A stretch of DNA of 64,000 nt from a bacterium. Its GTDB lineage: Bacteria > Verrucomicrobiota > Kiritimatiellia > CAIKKV01 > CAITUY01. Below the pieces are notes generated by a model, which was not told the DNA's origin, ran no database searches, and saw only the letters and a program-made list of their open reading frames with translations. Below are positions 39,181 to 49,559 of this stretch, piece by piece. The position numbers were made by a program, and so were the translations under genes. The stretch spans positions 3,747 through 67,746 of the forward strand of contig JBAWZF010000011.1 of NCBI GenBank assembly GCA_037143175.1, given 5' to 3'. Position 1 is the stretch's first letter, and every line of letters starts with the position of its first letter.

Positions 39181-39966
39181 CTATTGTCGATTACGAAAAC
39201 GTAATTTTCCGGGACTCGTGCCCATGCACCGTTTGAAGAGGTGTGACATATGGTACTGATCCCCCATGCCGGCCTTCCCGGCAATGACTTTTAGAGGAAG
39301 GGAGGTTGTCAGTAACAGGTCTCGTGCATATTCCACACGAAGTGCCCGGACGTCCTCCATGGGCGTACGTCCCGTCAGTTTGCGATACTGACGGACAAAG
39401 TGGAATTTACTCATGCCCGCTGCTGCGGCCATCCAATCAAGTGTGACCGGTTCATGGATTCTTTCGCGTACTTGACGGCGCACTCCCTCAACAAAATCCT
39501 GATCAGCACACATCCATAAACTTTTGAATTGCACCAGTAGGGCGTCGCAAAGTGACTGAGTCAGGGCTGGAGTTAGCAGCTTGTGCGATTTTATCTCAGC
39601 TGTCAGCCATTCCATAAGGATGCGAATCCGGCCATGTCGATCACGTACCTTGATGGATATCTCTTCGGGAGGCTCGTTCCAGTCGAACGCTAGAAAGGCA
39701 CTCTCGAGTATATCGTTCGGGGCAGTCCATTCAGCATGCGGGACACGTTTAGGATAGAAGAGAATGTCGCCAGCCGTGGCCTTGATCTTTTGTCCCCTAA
39801 TTTCGACGTACTGTGACCCTTCTATGATAAGAATCATTTCATAAAAAGGGTGTGCGTGTGAGCCCATTTCCCATTGCGTATGACGCGTTTGCCTTCCAAT
39901 CGATAGAAATCGTGATGTATTCATGGTGAATAGCAATTTCAGACAATAATTAGCAATCCCAGCCAT
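39181..39966 (-). CDS. AraC-family transcriptional regulator (cupin sensor plus HTH)
   Basis: C-terminal AraC HTH (LDWMAAAAGMSKFHFVRQYRKLTGRTPMEDVRALRVEYARDLLL...HLFKRCMGTSPGKLR). Confidence 0.85.
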   Translation of the reverse strand: MAGIANYCLKLLFTMNTSRFLSIGRQTRHTQWEMGSHAHPFYEMILIIEGSQYVEIRGQKIKATAGDILFYPKRVPHAEWTAPNDILESAFLAFDWNEPPEEISIKVRDRHGRIRILMEWLTAEIKSHKLLTPALTQSLCDALLVQFKSLWMCADQDFVEGVRRQVRERIHEPVTLDWMAAAAGMSKFHFVRQYRKLTGRTPMEDVRALRVEYARDLLLTTSLPLKVIAGKAGMGDQYHMSHLFKRCMGTSPGKLRFRNRQ

Positions 39967-40073
39967 TTACTGCAGGGCTAAAGAATATCATATTGCGCAC
40001 ATATCTCAAGCGTTATGGACTTTACTGACGAAAGCAATGCGGGCAATTAAAAGCAATATCCGGGAGGTCTTCA

Positions 40074-41492
40074 ATGGCTAAAATAGCAATGATCGGTGCG
40101 GGCAGTCTGGTGTTTGGCAAAACGCTCATTTCGGATTTTCTATCTACCCCCGCCTTGAAGGGAAGTGAGTATTGCCTGATGGCTCTGACGCACAAGCGTC
40201 TGGACAAAATGCATGACTTCGTCAATCGCATGATCAAGGACAATTCCGTGGAGGCTCGGGTCACGGCCACGACGGACCGACGGGAAGCGCTCAAGGGCGC
40301 CGATTATGTGGTGGTCATGATCCAGTCCGGCGGCGTTTCTGAGTTCGCTCAGGACTATGAGATCCCCATGAAATATGGTGTGGACCAGTGCATTGGCGAC
40401 ACCATGGGGCCTGGGGGTGTTTTTCGTGCCCTGCGCCACATCCCGGCCCTGCTTGACATTGCGAAAGACATGCAGGAGCTTTGCCCCAACGCGATTCTTT
40501 TCAACTACGCTAACCCGATGGCCATGTGTTGCTGGGCACTTGGAAAGGTGCCGGGGCTCCAGTTCGTTGGACTCTGCCATGGTGTTCAGACCACGATGGA
40601 TCTGATTGCCAGTTATGTTGGCGCTAAAAAAGAGGAAATTGATTTTGTCGCCGCTGGAATCAATCACATGGCATGGTTTCTCAAGCTCGAAAAGGAGGGG
40701 CGCGATCTTTACCCCTTGCTCAAGAGCAACTTTGAAAAGCCGGGGTACTATGTCAACGAGAAGGTGCGTGCCGAAGTGATGCGCCACTTTGGCTATTTCA
40801 TGACTGAAAGCACGGGCCATCTATCCGAGTATCTTCCCTATTTCCGTAAGAACAAGAGGGCGTTGGATCTCTATTGTGACGAGCCAGCGTTTGGAGGTGA
40901 AACGGGTGCCTATTACAAGTACTGCAAGATGCTGGACGAGAAGTTCAAGACCCTCGACCCGCTCTCCATCGAATCGACCCTGCTTGGTCCTCGCAGTGCC
41001 GAATACTGCTCGCATATCATTGAAGCCAAAGAGACCGGGAATATCTTCAGGCTGAATGGCAATATCCGCAATGATGGTTTGATCACTAATCTGCCAAATG
41101 GGTGTTGCGTCGAAGTTCCGATCTATGTCGATAAAATGGGTCTGCATCCGACGGTTGTCGGGGATTTGCCTGTGCAATGTGCCGCGCTCAACATGACTAA
41201 CGTTCTGGTGCAGGGGTTGACTGTTGAAGCCAGTTTCACAGGTGATCCGGAATTAGTGATGCAGGCAATTGCGCTGGATCCGCTTACCGCGTCAGTTCTG
41301 ACCCTTGCGGAAATTCGAAGCATGGTCTCGGAAATGCTGGAGGCTGAGGCGCGCTACCTGCCGCAATTCAAAGATCGTAAACTTCGAGCTGTGCCGCCTA
41401 TCAAGGTGCCGGCTCATGTCAAACGCCAGGAGGTGCCGGTAGACCCGGCTCTAGCGATTGCAAACCGTTTTGGGAAACTTGCTCAGGTGTAA
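40074..41492 (+). CDS. glycoside hydrolase family 4 (NAD+/Mn2+-dependent alpha-glucosidase/galactosidase type)
   Basis: MAKIAMIGAGSLVFG Rossmann N-terminus, plus CENMVRGT-like and LCHGV motifs typical of GH4. Confidence 0.8.
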   Translation: MAKIAMIGAGSLVFGKTLISDFLSTPALKGSEYCLMALTHKRLDKMHDFVNRMIKDNSVEARVTATTDRREALKGADYVVVMIQSGGVSEFAQDYEIPMKYGVDQCIGDTMGPGGVFRALRHIPALLDIAKDMQELCPNAILFNYANPMAMCCWALGKVPGLQFVGLCHGVQTTMDLIASYVGAKKEEIDFVAAGINHMAWFLKLEKEGRDLYPLLKSNFEKPGYYVNEKVRAEVMRHFGYFMTESTGHLSEYLPYFRKNKRALDLYCDEPAFGGETGAYYKYCKMLDEKFKTLDPLSIESTLLGPRSAEYCSHIIEAKETGNIFRLNGNIRNDGLITNLPNGCCVEVPIYVDKMGLHPTVVGDLPVQCAALNMTNVLVQGLTVEASFTGDPELVMQAIALDPLTASVLTLAEIRSMVSEMLEAEARYLPQFKDRKLRAVPPIKVPAHVKRQEVPVDPALAIANRFGKLAQV

Positions 41493-41522
41493 AGGTATTA
41501 AATATTAAATAGGAAAACTCAT

Positions 41523-42584
41523 ATGTCAGATAAGAAAATCAAAATTGGCTTCGTCGGTGTTGGTGGCATGGGGCAATGTGCTCACTTGAAGAATTATGCA
41601 GCCCTTTCTGAACTTTGCGAAGTTGTCGCCCTTGCTGAATTGCGCCCGGAGATTGCACGTAAGGTGGCGCAACGTTATTTCATTCCCAAAACCTACCCCT
41701 CCCATGAGGAAATGCTGAAGAGCGAGAAACTGGATGGTATTGTCGCCTCACAACCGTTTACACGTCACGGAACGCTGATTCCTGACTTGCTGAAATCTAA
41801 GATACCTGTATTTACCGAAAAACCGATTGCCGGTACTATCGAAATGGGCGAGAAGATTGTCAAAGCCGTCGCCAATAGCGGCACCTTTCACATGGTGGGG
41901 TACCACAAGCGCAGCGACCCGGCAACCATGGCAGCCAAGGTGGAGATTGAACGACTTAAGCAAACGGGCGAATTGGGTAAAATGAAATATGTCCGTTTAT
42001 TGATGCCAGCTGGGGACTGGGTGGCAGGGGGCTTCTATGACTTGATCAGCAGTCATGACCCTGCCCCGCAGATGCAATGGGATCCGGCTGATGCGTCACT
42101 GAGTAAGGCGGACTATGATACCTATATCAGCTTTGTGAATTATTATATCCATCAGGTAAATCTCATGCGCCATATGCTGGGTGAGAGTTATGAAGTCACT
42201 CATGTAGATCCTACGGCGGTGCTGTTGGTAGGCAAAAGCAAGAGCGGGATCCCCTGCACGATTGAAATGACCCCATACCAATCGTCCATTGATTGGCAGG
42301 AGTCAGCCCTGGTCTGTTTTGAAAAAGGATGGGTCAAAGTGGAACTGCCAGCGCCGCTGACATTGAACCGCGCTGGACGTGTCACCTTCTTCCGTGATCC
42401 CGGGAACGGGGTACAGCCCCAGTTTATTGAGCCGCAAATGCCCTGGGTACATGCCATGCGCCAGCAGGCGGTCAATTTCATCCGCGCCATCAAAGGCGAG
42501 ATCAAACCCATGTGTGAGGCGTCCGAGGCACTTGAAGATATGCGTGTCGCGCGCCAATTCCTCACGCACTATAAGGGCGTCTAA
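41523..42584 (+). CDS. Gfo/Idh/MocA-family NAD(P)-dependent oxidoreductase
   Basis: KIKIGFVGVGGMGQCAHLKNY N-terminal Rossmann fold. About 350 aa. Confidence 0.8.
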   Translation: MSDKKIKIGFVGVGGMGQCAHLKNYAALSELCEVVALAELRPEIARKVAQRYFIPKTYPSHEEMLKSEKLDGIVASQPFTRHGTLIPDLLKSKIPVFTEKPIAGTIEMGEKIVKAVANSGTFHMVGYHKRSDPATMAAKVEIERLKQTGELGKMKYVRLLMPAGDWVAGGFYDLISSHDPAPQMQWDPADASLSKADYDTYISFVNYYIHQVNLMRHMLGESYEVTHVDPTAVLLVGKSKSGIPCTIEMTPYQSSIDWQESALVCFEKGWVKVELPAPLTLNRAGRVTFFRDPGNGVQPQFIEPQMPWVHAMRQQAVNFIRAIKGEIKPMCEASEALEDMRVARQFLTHYKGV

Positions 42585-42611
42585 AGGACTGTTCGAAATA
42601 AGGAGAAATGT

Positions 42612-43715
42612 ATGCCACTGAAATGGAAGCGTGTTTGGATCTCTGACGAAACTTACGAATCAGCAGGCGTCTTTGACGTCAATGGTGATGGTATCCCTGA
42701 CATTGTCTCGGGGGCTTTCTGGTACCAGGGCCCCGATTTCCGCCGCAAGCACTTCATCGGTGAAGTGAAACCGGCTGGCGAATATTTTGATGATTTCTCA
42801 ACTATTGCCATGGATGTGAACGGTAATGGACGCACCGATTTCGTTACTGGTGGCTGGTGGGGGAATAACCTGCGCTGGCGCGAGTGTCCGGAAGATCCGA
42901 CGAAACCATGGACGGAGCACGTTATCGCCGTGACCGGCAATGTCGAAACGACCCGTGCCTGGGATATTGACGGTGATGGGGTTCTCGAAATCTTCCCGAA
43001 CACCCCGCCTAATCCGGAAGTGGCCTACTACAAGCTGATCGTCGATACCAAGGGTAAAGGTACAGGCAAATTTAAGAAAGTGGTCATCCATACCTTTGAA
43101 GGCAAGGGGCAGGGGCATGGGTTGGGATGTGGCGATATTGCTGGGAACGGGCGAAAGGACATCATTTTGTGCAATGGTTGGCTGGAGGCGCCTGCCGATC
43201 CCGAGCATGGCCGCTGGATTTGGCATGAAGACTTTCCGTCCCCGCCTTGGGGTTGGGCGGCCAGTATTCCAATGCTGGTGGTTGATCTTAATGGTGACGG
43301 CAAAAATGAAATCATCACTGGTAACGCTCATGGGTATGGGCTCTGGTGGAGCGAACAGAAGATTTCAAGTGGCAAACGCGAATGGATACACCATCCGATC
43401 GATCCCTATAATGCACAATATCACGATATGCAGTGGGTCGACATCGACGGAGATGGCCAGCACGAACTTGTCACCGGCAAACGTCATCGTGCCCATTGCG
43501 GGAACGAAGCGGGCGAATGGGATGACCTGGGAATTTACTATTTTAAATGGAATGGCGAATCTTTTGCCAAGCAGGTCATTGATTATGGCTCGATCGGCGA
43601 GGGGAAAGGTTGCGGGATCCATTTTGCCCTGGCCGATCTTCGTGGTACCGGTCGCTTGGATTTTATCGCTCCCGGCAAAGACGGACTTTCCGTCTACTAC
43701 AATGAAGGTATGTAA
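42612..43715 (+). CDS. FG-GAP repeat beta-propeller protein, no signal peptide
   Basis: Seven DxNGDG-type repeats (DVNGDGIPD, DVNGNGRTD, DIDGDGVLE, DIAGNGRKD, DLNGDGKNE, DIDGDGQHE, DLRGTGRLD). Confidence 0.7.
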   Translation: MPLKWKRVWISDETYESAGVFDVNGDGIPDIVSGAFWYQGPDFRRKHFIGEVKPAGEYFDDFSTIAMDVNGNGRTDFVTGGWWGNNLRWRECPEDPTKPWTEHVIAVTGNVETTRAWDIDGDGVLEIFPNTPPNPEVAYYKLIVDTKGKGTGKFKKVVIHTFEGKGQGHGLGCGDIAGNGRKDIILCNGWLEAPADPEHGRWIWHEDFPSPPWGWAASIPMLVVDLNGDGKNEIITGNAHGYGLWWSEQKISSGKREWIHHPIDPYNAQYHDMQWVDIDGDGQHELVTGKRHRAHCGNEAGEWDDLGIYYFKWNGESFAKQVIDYGSIGEGKGCGIHFALADLRGTGRLDFIAPGKDGLSVYYNEGM

Positions 43716-43737
43716 ACCCTTTTGGAGTGCGGGTAAT

Positions 43738-44148
43738 TTACTTCAAAATGCAGTTTTCGTGGGTGATTTGAGAGCTGCGGTCGGTGTATTGATGAAACTC
43801 AATCCTGACTCCGCTTGGATCTGTGGTCCACATCTGCCAGCTTTGATCAGCGCCCAGCATTTTCTTCGTTGCCTCATATCCGTTTTGGGTCAGGCGAAGG
43901 CCCGTGGAGTCGATATCATCCACTTCCAAACAGAAATGCTGAATCGGACAACTCGCTTTGGTATCGATCTCGTCCCGCTGGAAAATTTCGATATAGCCGC
44001 CCCGGCTCAGTTCCAGATAAAACCCGACAACCTGGTTGTTACGAATGAAGTCGAATGCCTTCTTTAAACTCAGCCCCTGGCAGTAAAAGCGCTCTGATGC
44101 CGCCAAGTTCGACGCAGAAATACACACATGAGCCAATCCCTTGATCAT
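43738..44148 (-). CDS. VOC-family (glyoxalase/bleomycin-resistance fold) protein
   Basis: GLAHVCISASNLAASERFY...HFCLEVDD. Confidence 0.7.
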   Translation of the reverse strand: MIKGLAHVCISASNLAASERFYCQGLSLKKAFDFIRNNQVVGFYLELSRGGYIEIFQRDEIDTKASCPIQHFCLEVDDIDSTGLRLTQNGYEATKKMLGADQSWQMWTTDPSGVRIEFHQYTDRSSQITHENCILK

Positions 44149-44261
44149 TGCCTTCTCCTTTTATTCCGGCTTTGTTGAAGGAGAACTATAATGCCTCATC
44201 CATAGGGCGTCTATTGACAATTCATCGTTTCTCTTCGTTCCGTGGTTAGGTTTTCGAATTC

Positions 44262-46544
44262 TTGTTTTTTGTATATGGAAGGGCTAATATGCAAGAAACT
44301 ATGACCGCTAAAACAAACGTTTTATTTTCTGATCCGCTCCTGATGGGGGCTGATCCGGCTACGGGTTTGATGGCCGTGGAGCATGTTGAGCGCGCTGCTC
44401 AGGATCAGATGGTATTATTTTGGCGGAAGGAGGGGAGAACGGTCCAGACTGAAGTCTCTTTCTCTCCCTTTATTCTGATAGCTGATAAAGCACTTTTGGA
44501 GGGGCTCGAGAAGGGCGTGGAAGTGATCGCGCTTAAGGGAGATGCGCCCTTCCGCTGGAGGGCCAATTTTCCGACCTGGAAGGCCTGTCAGAAAGCCAAA
44601 GCCTGGTTGGCGAAAGAGACCGGGGTTATGGCGGGGAATCCACAGGCGCCCTACTTCTTGCTGACGGATCCTGTTCAGCAATATCTGATTCAAACGGGCC
44701 AGACCCTTTTCAAGGGCCTTAACTTTGCAGATCTACGCCGGATGCAGGTGGATATCGAGTGCTACACTACGGAAGGCTATGATTTCTGTAATGCGGCTCG
44801 TGAGGGAGACCGGTTGATTGCGATTGCGATGGGCGATTCATCGGGTTGGAGTGAGGTGTTGTCTGGTGATGAGTTGGACGAGAAGACGATGCTGGAGCGG
44901 TTTGTTGCCATTGTACGGGAGCGGGATCCAGATGTCATTGAGGGGCATAACATTTTCAATTTCGACCTGCCCTATATCGCTGCTCGAGCAAAGCGGGGCG
45001 GGGTAAAGCTGTCGATTGGTCGGAATGGGGCGCCCCCTGATTCGCGTCCGAGCCGGTTCTCGGTCGGGGAACGGACAATCTCATTTACGCGGTTTGAAGT
45101 GTTCGGACGGCAGATCGTCGACACTTATTTTATGGTGCAGGCTTATGATATTACCCACCGTGCGCTTGCCGGGTATGGTCTCAAGGAAGTGGCGCGACAT
45201 TTTGGAATTGCCCCTGCAAATCGGACCTACATTGAAGGCAGTGAAATTTCAGCAGAGTTTAAGCGCAATCCCCAAAAGTTGATGCAGTATGCCTTGCATG
45301 ACATTCAGGAAACAGAAGCGCTGAGCCGCCTGCTTTCCCAAAGTGCATTTATTCAAGCCCAGATGATTCCCCTCTCGTACCAGAACATCGCCATTCGCGG
45401 CAACGCCACCAAGATTGATGCCCTGATTTTGCGGGAATATCTCCACCAGAAACGGGCCATCCCTATGCCCGAACGAGGTCGTCCGTTTGCCGGGGGATAT
45501 ACAGATATGTTTATGGAGGGCGTTATCCGGAATGTGCATCATTGCGATGTGCGCTCACTTTACCCTTCGCTCATGTTGACACGTAAAATCGGACCCAAAA
45601 CTGACAGTCTCGAAGTGTTCCACCGGCTATTGGAACAGTTACGGCGTTTCCGGTTGGATGCCAAGCGTCATGAGCAGGAGGCATTCTCTGAGGGGGAGAA
45701 GTTGCATTTTGGTGCGTTGCAGGCCACATTCAAGATATTGATCAACTCGTTCTACGGTTATCTTGGATTCGATCAGGTACGCTTCAGCGATTTCGATGCC
45801 GCCGAGCGGGTGGCTTCGGAAGGGCGAGACCTGTTGCACCACATGATTGACTGGCTGAAAAAAAATGGGGCCCAGCCAGTTGAGATTGATACGGATGGCG
45901 TCTATTTTGTCCCCCCGACCGAAGGGGGCGTCAGCCAGAAATCATTCAGAAGCCATTTTTCAGCTTCCCTGCCCGAAGGCATTGACGTTGAGTTTGATGG
46001 CGAATATGTGGCGATGTTCAGCTACAAAATGAAAAATTATGCGCTGCTGACCGATAAGCAGGAGATTATTATTAAGGGAGCTGCGTTGAAGTCGCGCGGG
46101 CTGGAGCTGTTTCAACGGAATTTTCTGCGTGATATGATTCGACTTAAACTGGAAGGAAAAGAGGTCGAGATCCCGGCGTTAAAAACGCAATATGAATCAG
46201 CTATCCGGGACCGGCAGTGGCCTATTACGATGCTGGCCAAAACCGAAACGCTGCAGGATGCGCCTGCTACCTATGCCGCCAAGATTGAAGGGAAAGGCCG
46301 TGGGCGGAACGCAGCGTATGAGCTGGCGTTAACGTCTGGACGGGACTATCGAGCCGGGGATCAGTTGTCATACTACGTGGCAGGAATGAAGAAAACGGTG
46401 CAGGTGTTTGCTGCGGCGCGATTGGTGGCCGAGTGGAATCCCGTTGAGCGGGATGAGAATGTGCCGTACTATATCGCGAAATTGGATTCCCTCTATGAAA
46501 AATTCTGTGGTGGCAAACTGGGTGGTGAGCGGGAGGATGAATGA
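44262..46544 (+). CDS. polB: DNA polymerase, family B (Pol II-like)
   Basis: Exonuclease motifs DIECYT and NIFNFDLPY. Polymerase motifs RSLYPSLM, KILINSFYGYLG, EIDTDGVYF. An alternative start at 44289 is possible. Confidence 0.85.
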   Translation: MFFVYGRANMQETMTAKTNVLFSDPLLMGADPATGLMAVEHVERAAQDQMVLFWRKEGRTVQTEVSFSPFILIADKALLEGLEKGVEVIALKGDAPFRWRANFPTWKACQKAKAWLAKETGVMAGNPQAPYFLLTDPVQQYLIQTGQTLFKGLNFADLRRMQVDIECYTTEGYDFCNAAREGDRLIAIAMGDSSGWSEVLSGDELDEKTMLERFVAIVRERDPDVIEGHNIFNFDLPYIAARAKRGGVKLSIGRNGAPPDSRPSRFSVGERTISFTRFEVFGRQIVDTYFMVQAYDITHRALAGYGLKEVARHFGIAPANRTYIEGSEISAEFKRNPQKLMQYALHDIQETEALSRLLSQSAFIQAQMIPLSYQNIAIRGNATKIDALILREYLHQKRAIPMPERGRPFAGGYTDMFMEGVIRNVHHCDVRSLYPSLMLTRKIGPKTDSLEVFHRLLEQLRRFRLDAKRHEQEAFSEGEKLHFGALQATFKILINSFYGYLGFDQVRFSDFDAAERVASEGRDLLHHMIDWLKKNGAQPVEIDTDGVYFVPPTEGGVSQKSFRSHFSASLPEGIDVEFDGEYVAMFSYKMKNYALLTDKQEIIIKGAALKSRGLELFQRNFLRDMIRLKLEGKEVEIPALKTQYESAIRDRQWPITMLAKTETLQDAPATYAAKIEGKGRGRNAAYELALTSGRDYRAGDQLSYYVAGMKKTVQVFAAARLVAEWNPVERDENVPYYIAKLDSLYEKFCGGKLGGEREDE

Positions 46545-46972
46545 ATAAGAAAAGTGGTTTTACGTTAATTGAGATTCTGATTGCCATGACGATTATTGGC
46601 ATTTTGTCAGGAGTGGTGGGGTTATCGGTATCCGGCTATTTGAGGAAAGCCAAACTCGAGGCTTCCCGTGCCCAGATCAAAACGTTTCAGACAGCCTTGC
46701 AGATGTACAAGGCCGCACATGCCCAGTATCCCTCCACCTCGCAGGGACTTGAGTCGTTATGCGTGGCGTCATCCATTCCTCCGGTGCCGAAGGATTACCC
46801 CGCCGAAGGCTATCTGGAAAGTCGCAACCTACCCAAGGATCCCTGGGGGAATGCCTATATCTATCTTGTGCCCGGCAGGAAAGGGGAGCCGTATGAAATT
46901 GTGTCCTACGGTGCCGATGGAGAAGAGAGCGGTACGGGTGAGGCGGCAGACATAAGTAGCGCGAATCTGTGA
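46541..46972 (+). CDS. gspG: type II secretion major pseudopilin GspG
   Basis: Prepilin leader plus GFTLIEILIAMTIIGIL. PKDPWGNAYIYLVPG and SYGADGEE typical of GspG. ATGA overlap with the polB stop. Confidence 0.85.
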   Translation: MNKKSGFTLIEILIAMTIIGILSGVVGLSVSGYLRKAKLEASRAQIKTFQTALQMYKAAHAQYPSTSQGLESLCVASSIPPVPKDYPAEGYLESRNLPKDPWGNAYIYLVPGRKGEPYEIVSYGADGEESGTGEAADISSANL

Positions 46973-47334
46973 GTTCTGTGAATAAATCAGGATTCACATT
47001 GATAGAGTCTCTCGTGGCGCTTGCGATTCTCGGGATCATTGTCGGGGTATTGGTAAATGTCCATCTTCAGTCCCTGCGCGCTGAACATTTTTCCCAACTT
47101 CGCACATCAGCGGTGCTTGAAGGGGAAACAATCTTATCCCAGTCCTTGTCAGGGATGGAGCGACAGGCTATTGTGGATCAGGCGAGTCAACAAGGTTGGG
47201 CCGTTACAGTGAGTAATTCGACAATGAATACGGCATGGGGCGAATGGCGGATTGCGGCAACGAATGTGGATGCCCCGGCAGTGACGTTGTATTTGAGGGC
47301 AGGGGAAGAGGTAAAAGAAGCGCATGCAAAATAA
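46969..47334 (+). CDS. minor pseudopilin (prepilin-type N-terminal methylation domain)
   Basis: SGFTLIESLVALAILGIIVGVL N-terminus. 4-bp overlap with gspG. Confidence 0.75.
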   Translation: MSSVNKSGFTLIESLVALAILGIIVGVLVNVHLQSLRAEHFSQLRTSAVLEGETILSQSLSGMERQAIVDQASQQGWAVTVSNSTMNTAWGEWRIAATNVDAPAVTLYLRAGEEVKEAHAK

Positions 47335-48151
47335 ATTAATCAAACTTCAGGATCTATTGAGAGAAACTGATGGAGTGGTGGTGGCCTATTCTGGTGGTGT
47401 GGATAGCACGTTTTTGGCGGCGGTCGCAGTACAGGTCTTAGGTGACCGCGCCGTGGCAGTAACGGCCTTATCCTCAACCTATCCTGAATGGGAACAAAAA
47501 GAGGCTACTGAGCAGGCGCGGCATATGGGCATTCGGCAGATTGAAATTTCAACCCATGAAATTGATGATCCATGTTTTTCTGAAAATCCGCCCGACCGTT
47601 GCTATTATTGCAAAAAAGAGCTTGTGCATTATGTTCGGGCGGTGGCTGACCGCGAGGGAATTCAGGTCATCGTTGATGGCAGCACGGTAGACGATCTAGA
47701 CGATATCCGGCCCGGGCGACGTGCGATGGCAGAAGGTCGTGTGAGAAGTCCTTTGTTAGAAGTAGGCTTGACCAAAGCTGAGGTCCGGGAGTTATCCCGT
47801 AAGATGAATTTGCCGACAGCGGACAAGCCATCTTTGGCCTGTCTGGCTTCGCGGGTGCCGTTTGGAACTCCGATCACTGAAGAGAAGCTGAAGGCGATTG
47901 ATCAGGTTGAGCGAGCGTTGTGGGGTATGGGCTTCCGCCAATTGCGCGTCCGGCACCATGGCGAGATTGCCCGCATTGAGGTTGAGCCCTCGGAGATTGC
48001 CCGGCTCTGTGATCCCGAAGTGAGGGCGAAGGTGATTAAGGCTGCCAAAGAAGTGGGCTTTAAATATGTTGCCGCCGATCTTCAAGGCTATCGCACCGGA
48101 AGCATGAATGAGGCGTTAAAAAGAGCGAATTCAGGAGACAGTATCCAGTAG
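47324..48151 (+). CDS. PP-loop ATP pyrophosphatase, LarE/TIGR00268-like
   Basis: PP-loop SGGVDST, CYYCKK, and PSLACLASRVPFG resembling the LarE Cys region. Confidence 0.55.
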   Translation: MQNKLIKLQDLLRETDGVVVAYSGGVDSTFLAAVAVQVLGDRAVAVTALSSTYPEWEQKEATEQARHMGIRQIEISTHEIDDPCFSENPPDRCYYCKKELVHYVRAVADREGIQVIVDGSTVDDLDDIRPGRRAMAEGRVRSPLLEVGLTKAEVRELSRKMNLPTADKPSLACLASRVPFGTPITEEKLKAIDQVERALWGMGFRQLRVRHHGEIARIEVEPSEIARLCDPEVRAKVIKAAKEVGFKYVAADLQGYRTGSMNEALKRANSGDSIQ

Positions 48152-48209
48152 TCAGTATTTTTTCGGAATTCAACATGCTGGATCCTGAATTCTGGCTTCT
48201 GAATTCTCT

Positions 48210-49382
48210 CTATTTCCCCATCGCCACTTCGAGGGCCAACACGGTATAGGAGGTCACCAGGACGTCATTGGCCTCCCAGAAGCGGTTATTGGTGTTGACC
48301 CAATAGCCATGGCCGGTCTTGGAATCCACTTTTTGAAGGCCGACCAATTTCTTTACAAGTGCCTCGCGCCACATGATCTGACTTTGATCCTTGGCGGGGA
48401 TGGCATCGCGGCCATAGGCGGCCAGGGCCTTGCTGAGGACGCCGTAGAAATAATAGAGCCCTTGATCGCCCATGCCGGGGTTTTCGTCCAGTGTCCAATG
48501 TTTGGCGGCCCAATCAAAGGCTGATTGAACGCGCGGGTCATTCTTGTTTACATCGGCATAGATCAGACTCAGCAAACCTGCGTAGGTCATGCTGCCATAG
48601 GATCGAAAGACGACGATACCTTCCTTATTGGTGGTGGTGCCCGCCTTGCTCTCATCAGGCCGGTAAGCGAAGCCCCCGGCATTTTCAGCGCCGGTGGACG
48701 GCTTATTTTGGAGTCGGTCGAGGTAACGCACTGCGGCGGCCCAATCCAGATCCACATGGGCCTCTGATTTATCGCGAAGATCCTCGGCGCTTTGGGTCAG
48801 GCGCATGGATTCATAGGCAATGACGGAATCGCTTAAATCGGTATAGTCGCGGCCGCTTTCGCGATCGTAGCCCATTCCGCCTTCATAGCGGTCATCGCCG
48901 AAATGTTGTCCGGCGGCCACAAACTTCCGGGCTTTGAGAACGATGGGGGTATACTGCGGGTCATTGAGCGAGTGGAGGGCAATCATACAGAGGGCGGTAT
49001 TATAATTGCTGAGTCCGCCTCCCTTGCCGGGAATTTTGCGATAGATGCCGCCATCTGCCTGGACGTTGCCCAAGATGAATTTTGCGGCTTTGGCCGTGAC
49101 TTCGGCTTTTTTAGGATGATTACTCATGCTGAACGCCCAGAGCGGCAGTGCCGTCAGGGCGGGAAAACTGGCTTCCGACCAGGATCCATCTTCCTTTTGC
49201 TGGGCGGCCAGCCAGTCCAGTCCCCGGTTGAGGGCGGCTTCGGTTTCCTTGGACGTGGAGATGTCAATTTTGCCGCCAACAGCTTGTTTGGTGACGAGCG
49301 TCTCCGAGGCGGCGGATGCGGTGAACATCGAGGTTACGAGGCTTAATACGACCAGATGACAGATAAACGCCTGTTTTTTCAT
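48210..49382 (-). CDS. secreted prenyltransferase/squalene-oxidase-repeat (terpenoid cyclase-like alpha/alpha toroid) protein
   Basis: Signal peptide and repeated QxxxGxW-like motifs (QQKEDGSWSE, GGFAYRPDE, YYFYG). Confidence 0.45.
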   Translation of the reverse strand: MKKQAFICHLVVLSLVTSMFTASAASETLVTKQAVGGKIDISTSKETEAALNRGLDWLAAQQKEDGSWSEASFPALTALPLWAFSMSNHPKKAEVTAKAAKFILGNVQADGGIYRKIPGKGGGLSNYNTALCMIALHSLNDPQYTPIVLKARKFVAAGQHFGDDRYEGGMGYDRESGRDYTDLSDSVIAYESMRLTQSAEDLRDKSEAHVDLDWAAAVRYLDRLQNKPSTGAENAGGFAYRPDESKAGTTTNKEGIVVFRSYGSMTYAGLLSLIYADVNKNDPRVQSAFDWAAKHWTLDENPGMGDQGLYYFYGVLSKALAAYGRDAIPAKDQSQIMWREALVKKLVGLQKVDSKTGHGYWVNTNNRFWEANDVLVTSYTVLALEVAMGK

Positions 49383-49505
49383 AAGACTACTCCTTCTATT
49401 AAGTGCTACCTGAGCATTATATACTTCCTTCTGTAGGTCTCAAACAGATTAAACGCTGGCGGAGCCGAAAGAGTTCGCTAGGATTTGGAAATAGAGATCC
49501 CCTCG

Positions 49506-49559
49506 TAATTTCAGACTTCCTGTTATGTTGAGCTCAACATAACAGGAAGTCTGAAATTA
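49506..49559. repeat. perfect 54-bp palindrome (27-bp arms, no spacer) in a divergent intergenic region
   Basis: TAATTTCAGACTTCCTGTTATGTTGAG/CTCAACATAACAGGAAGTCTGAAATTA. I reverse-complemented it by hand and it is perfectly self-complementary. Confidence 0.9.
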
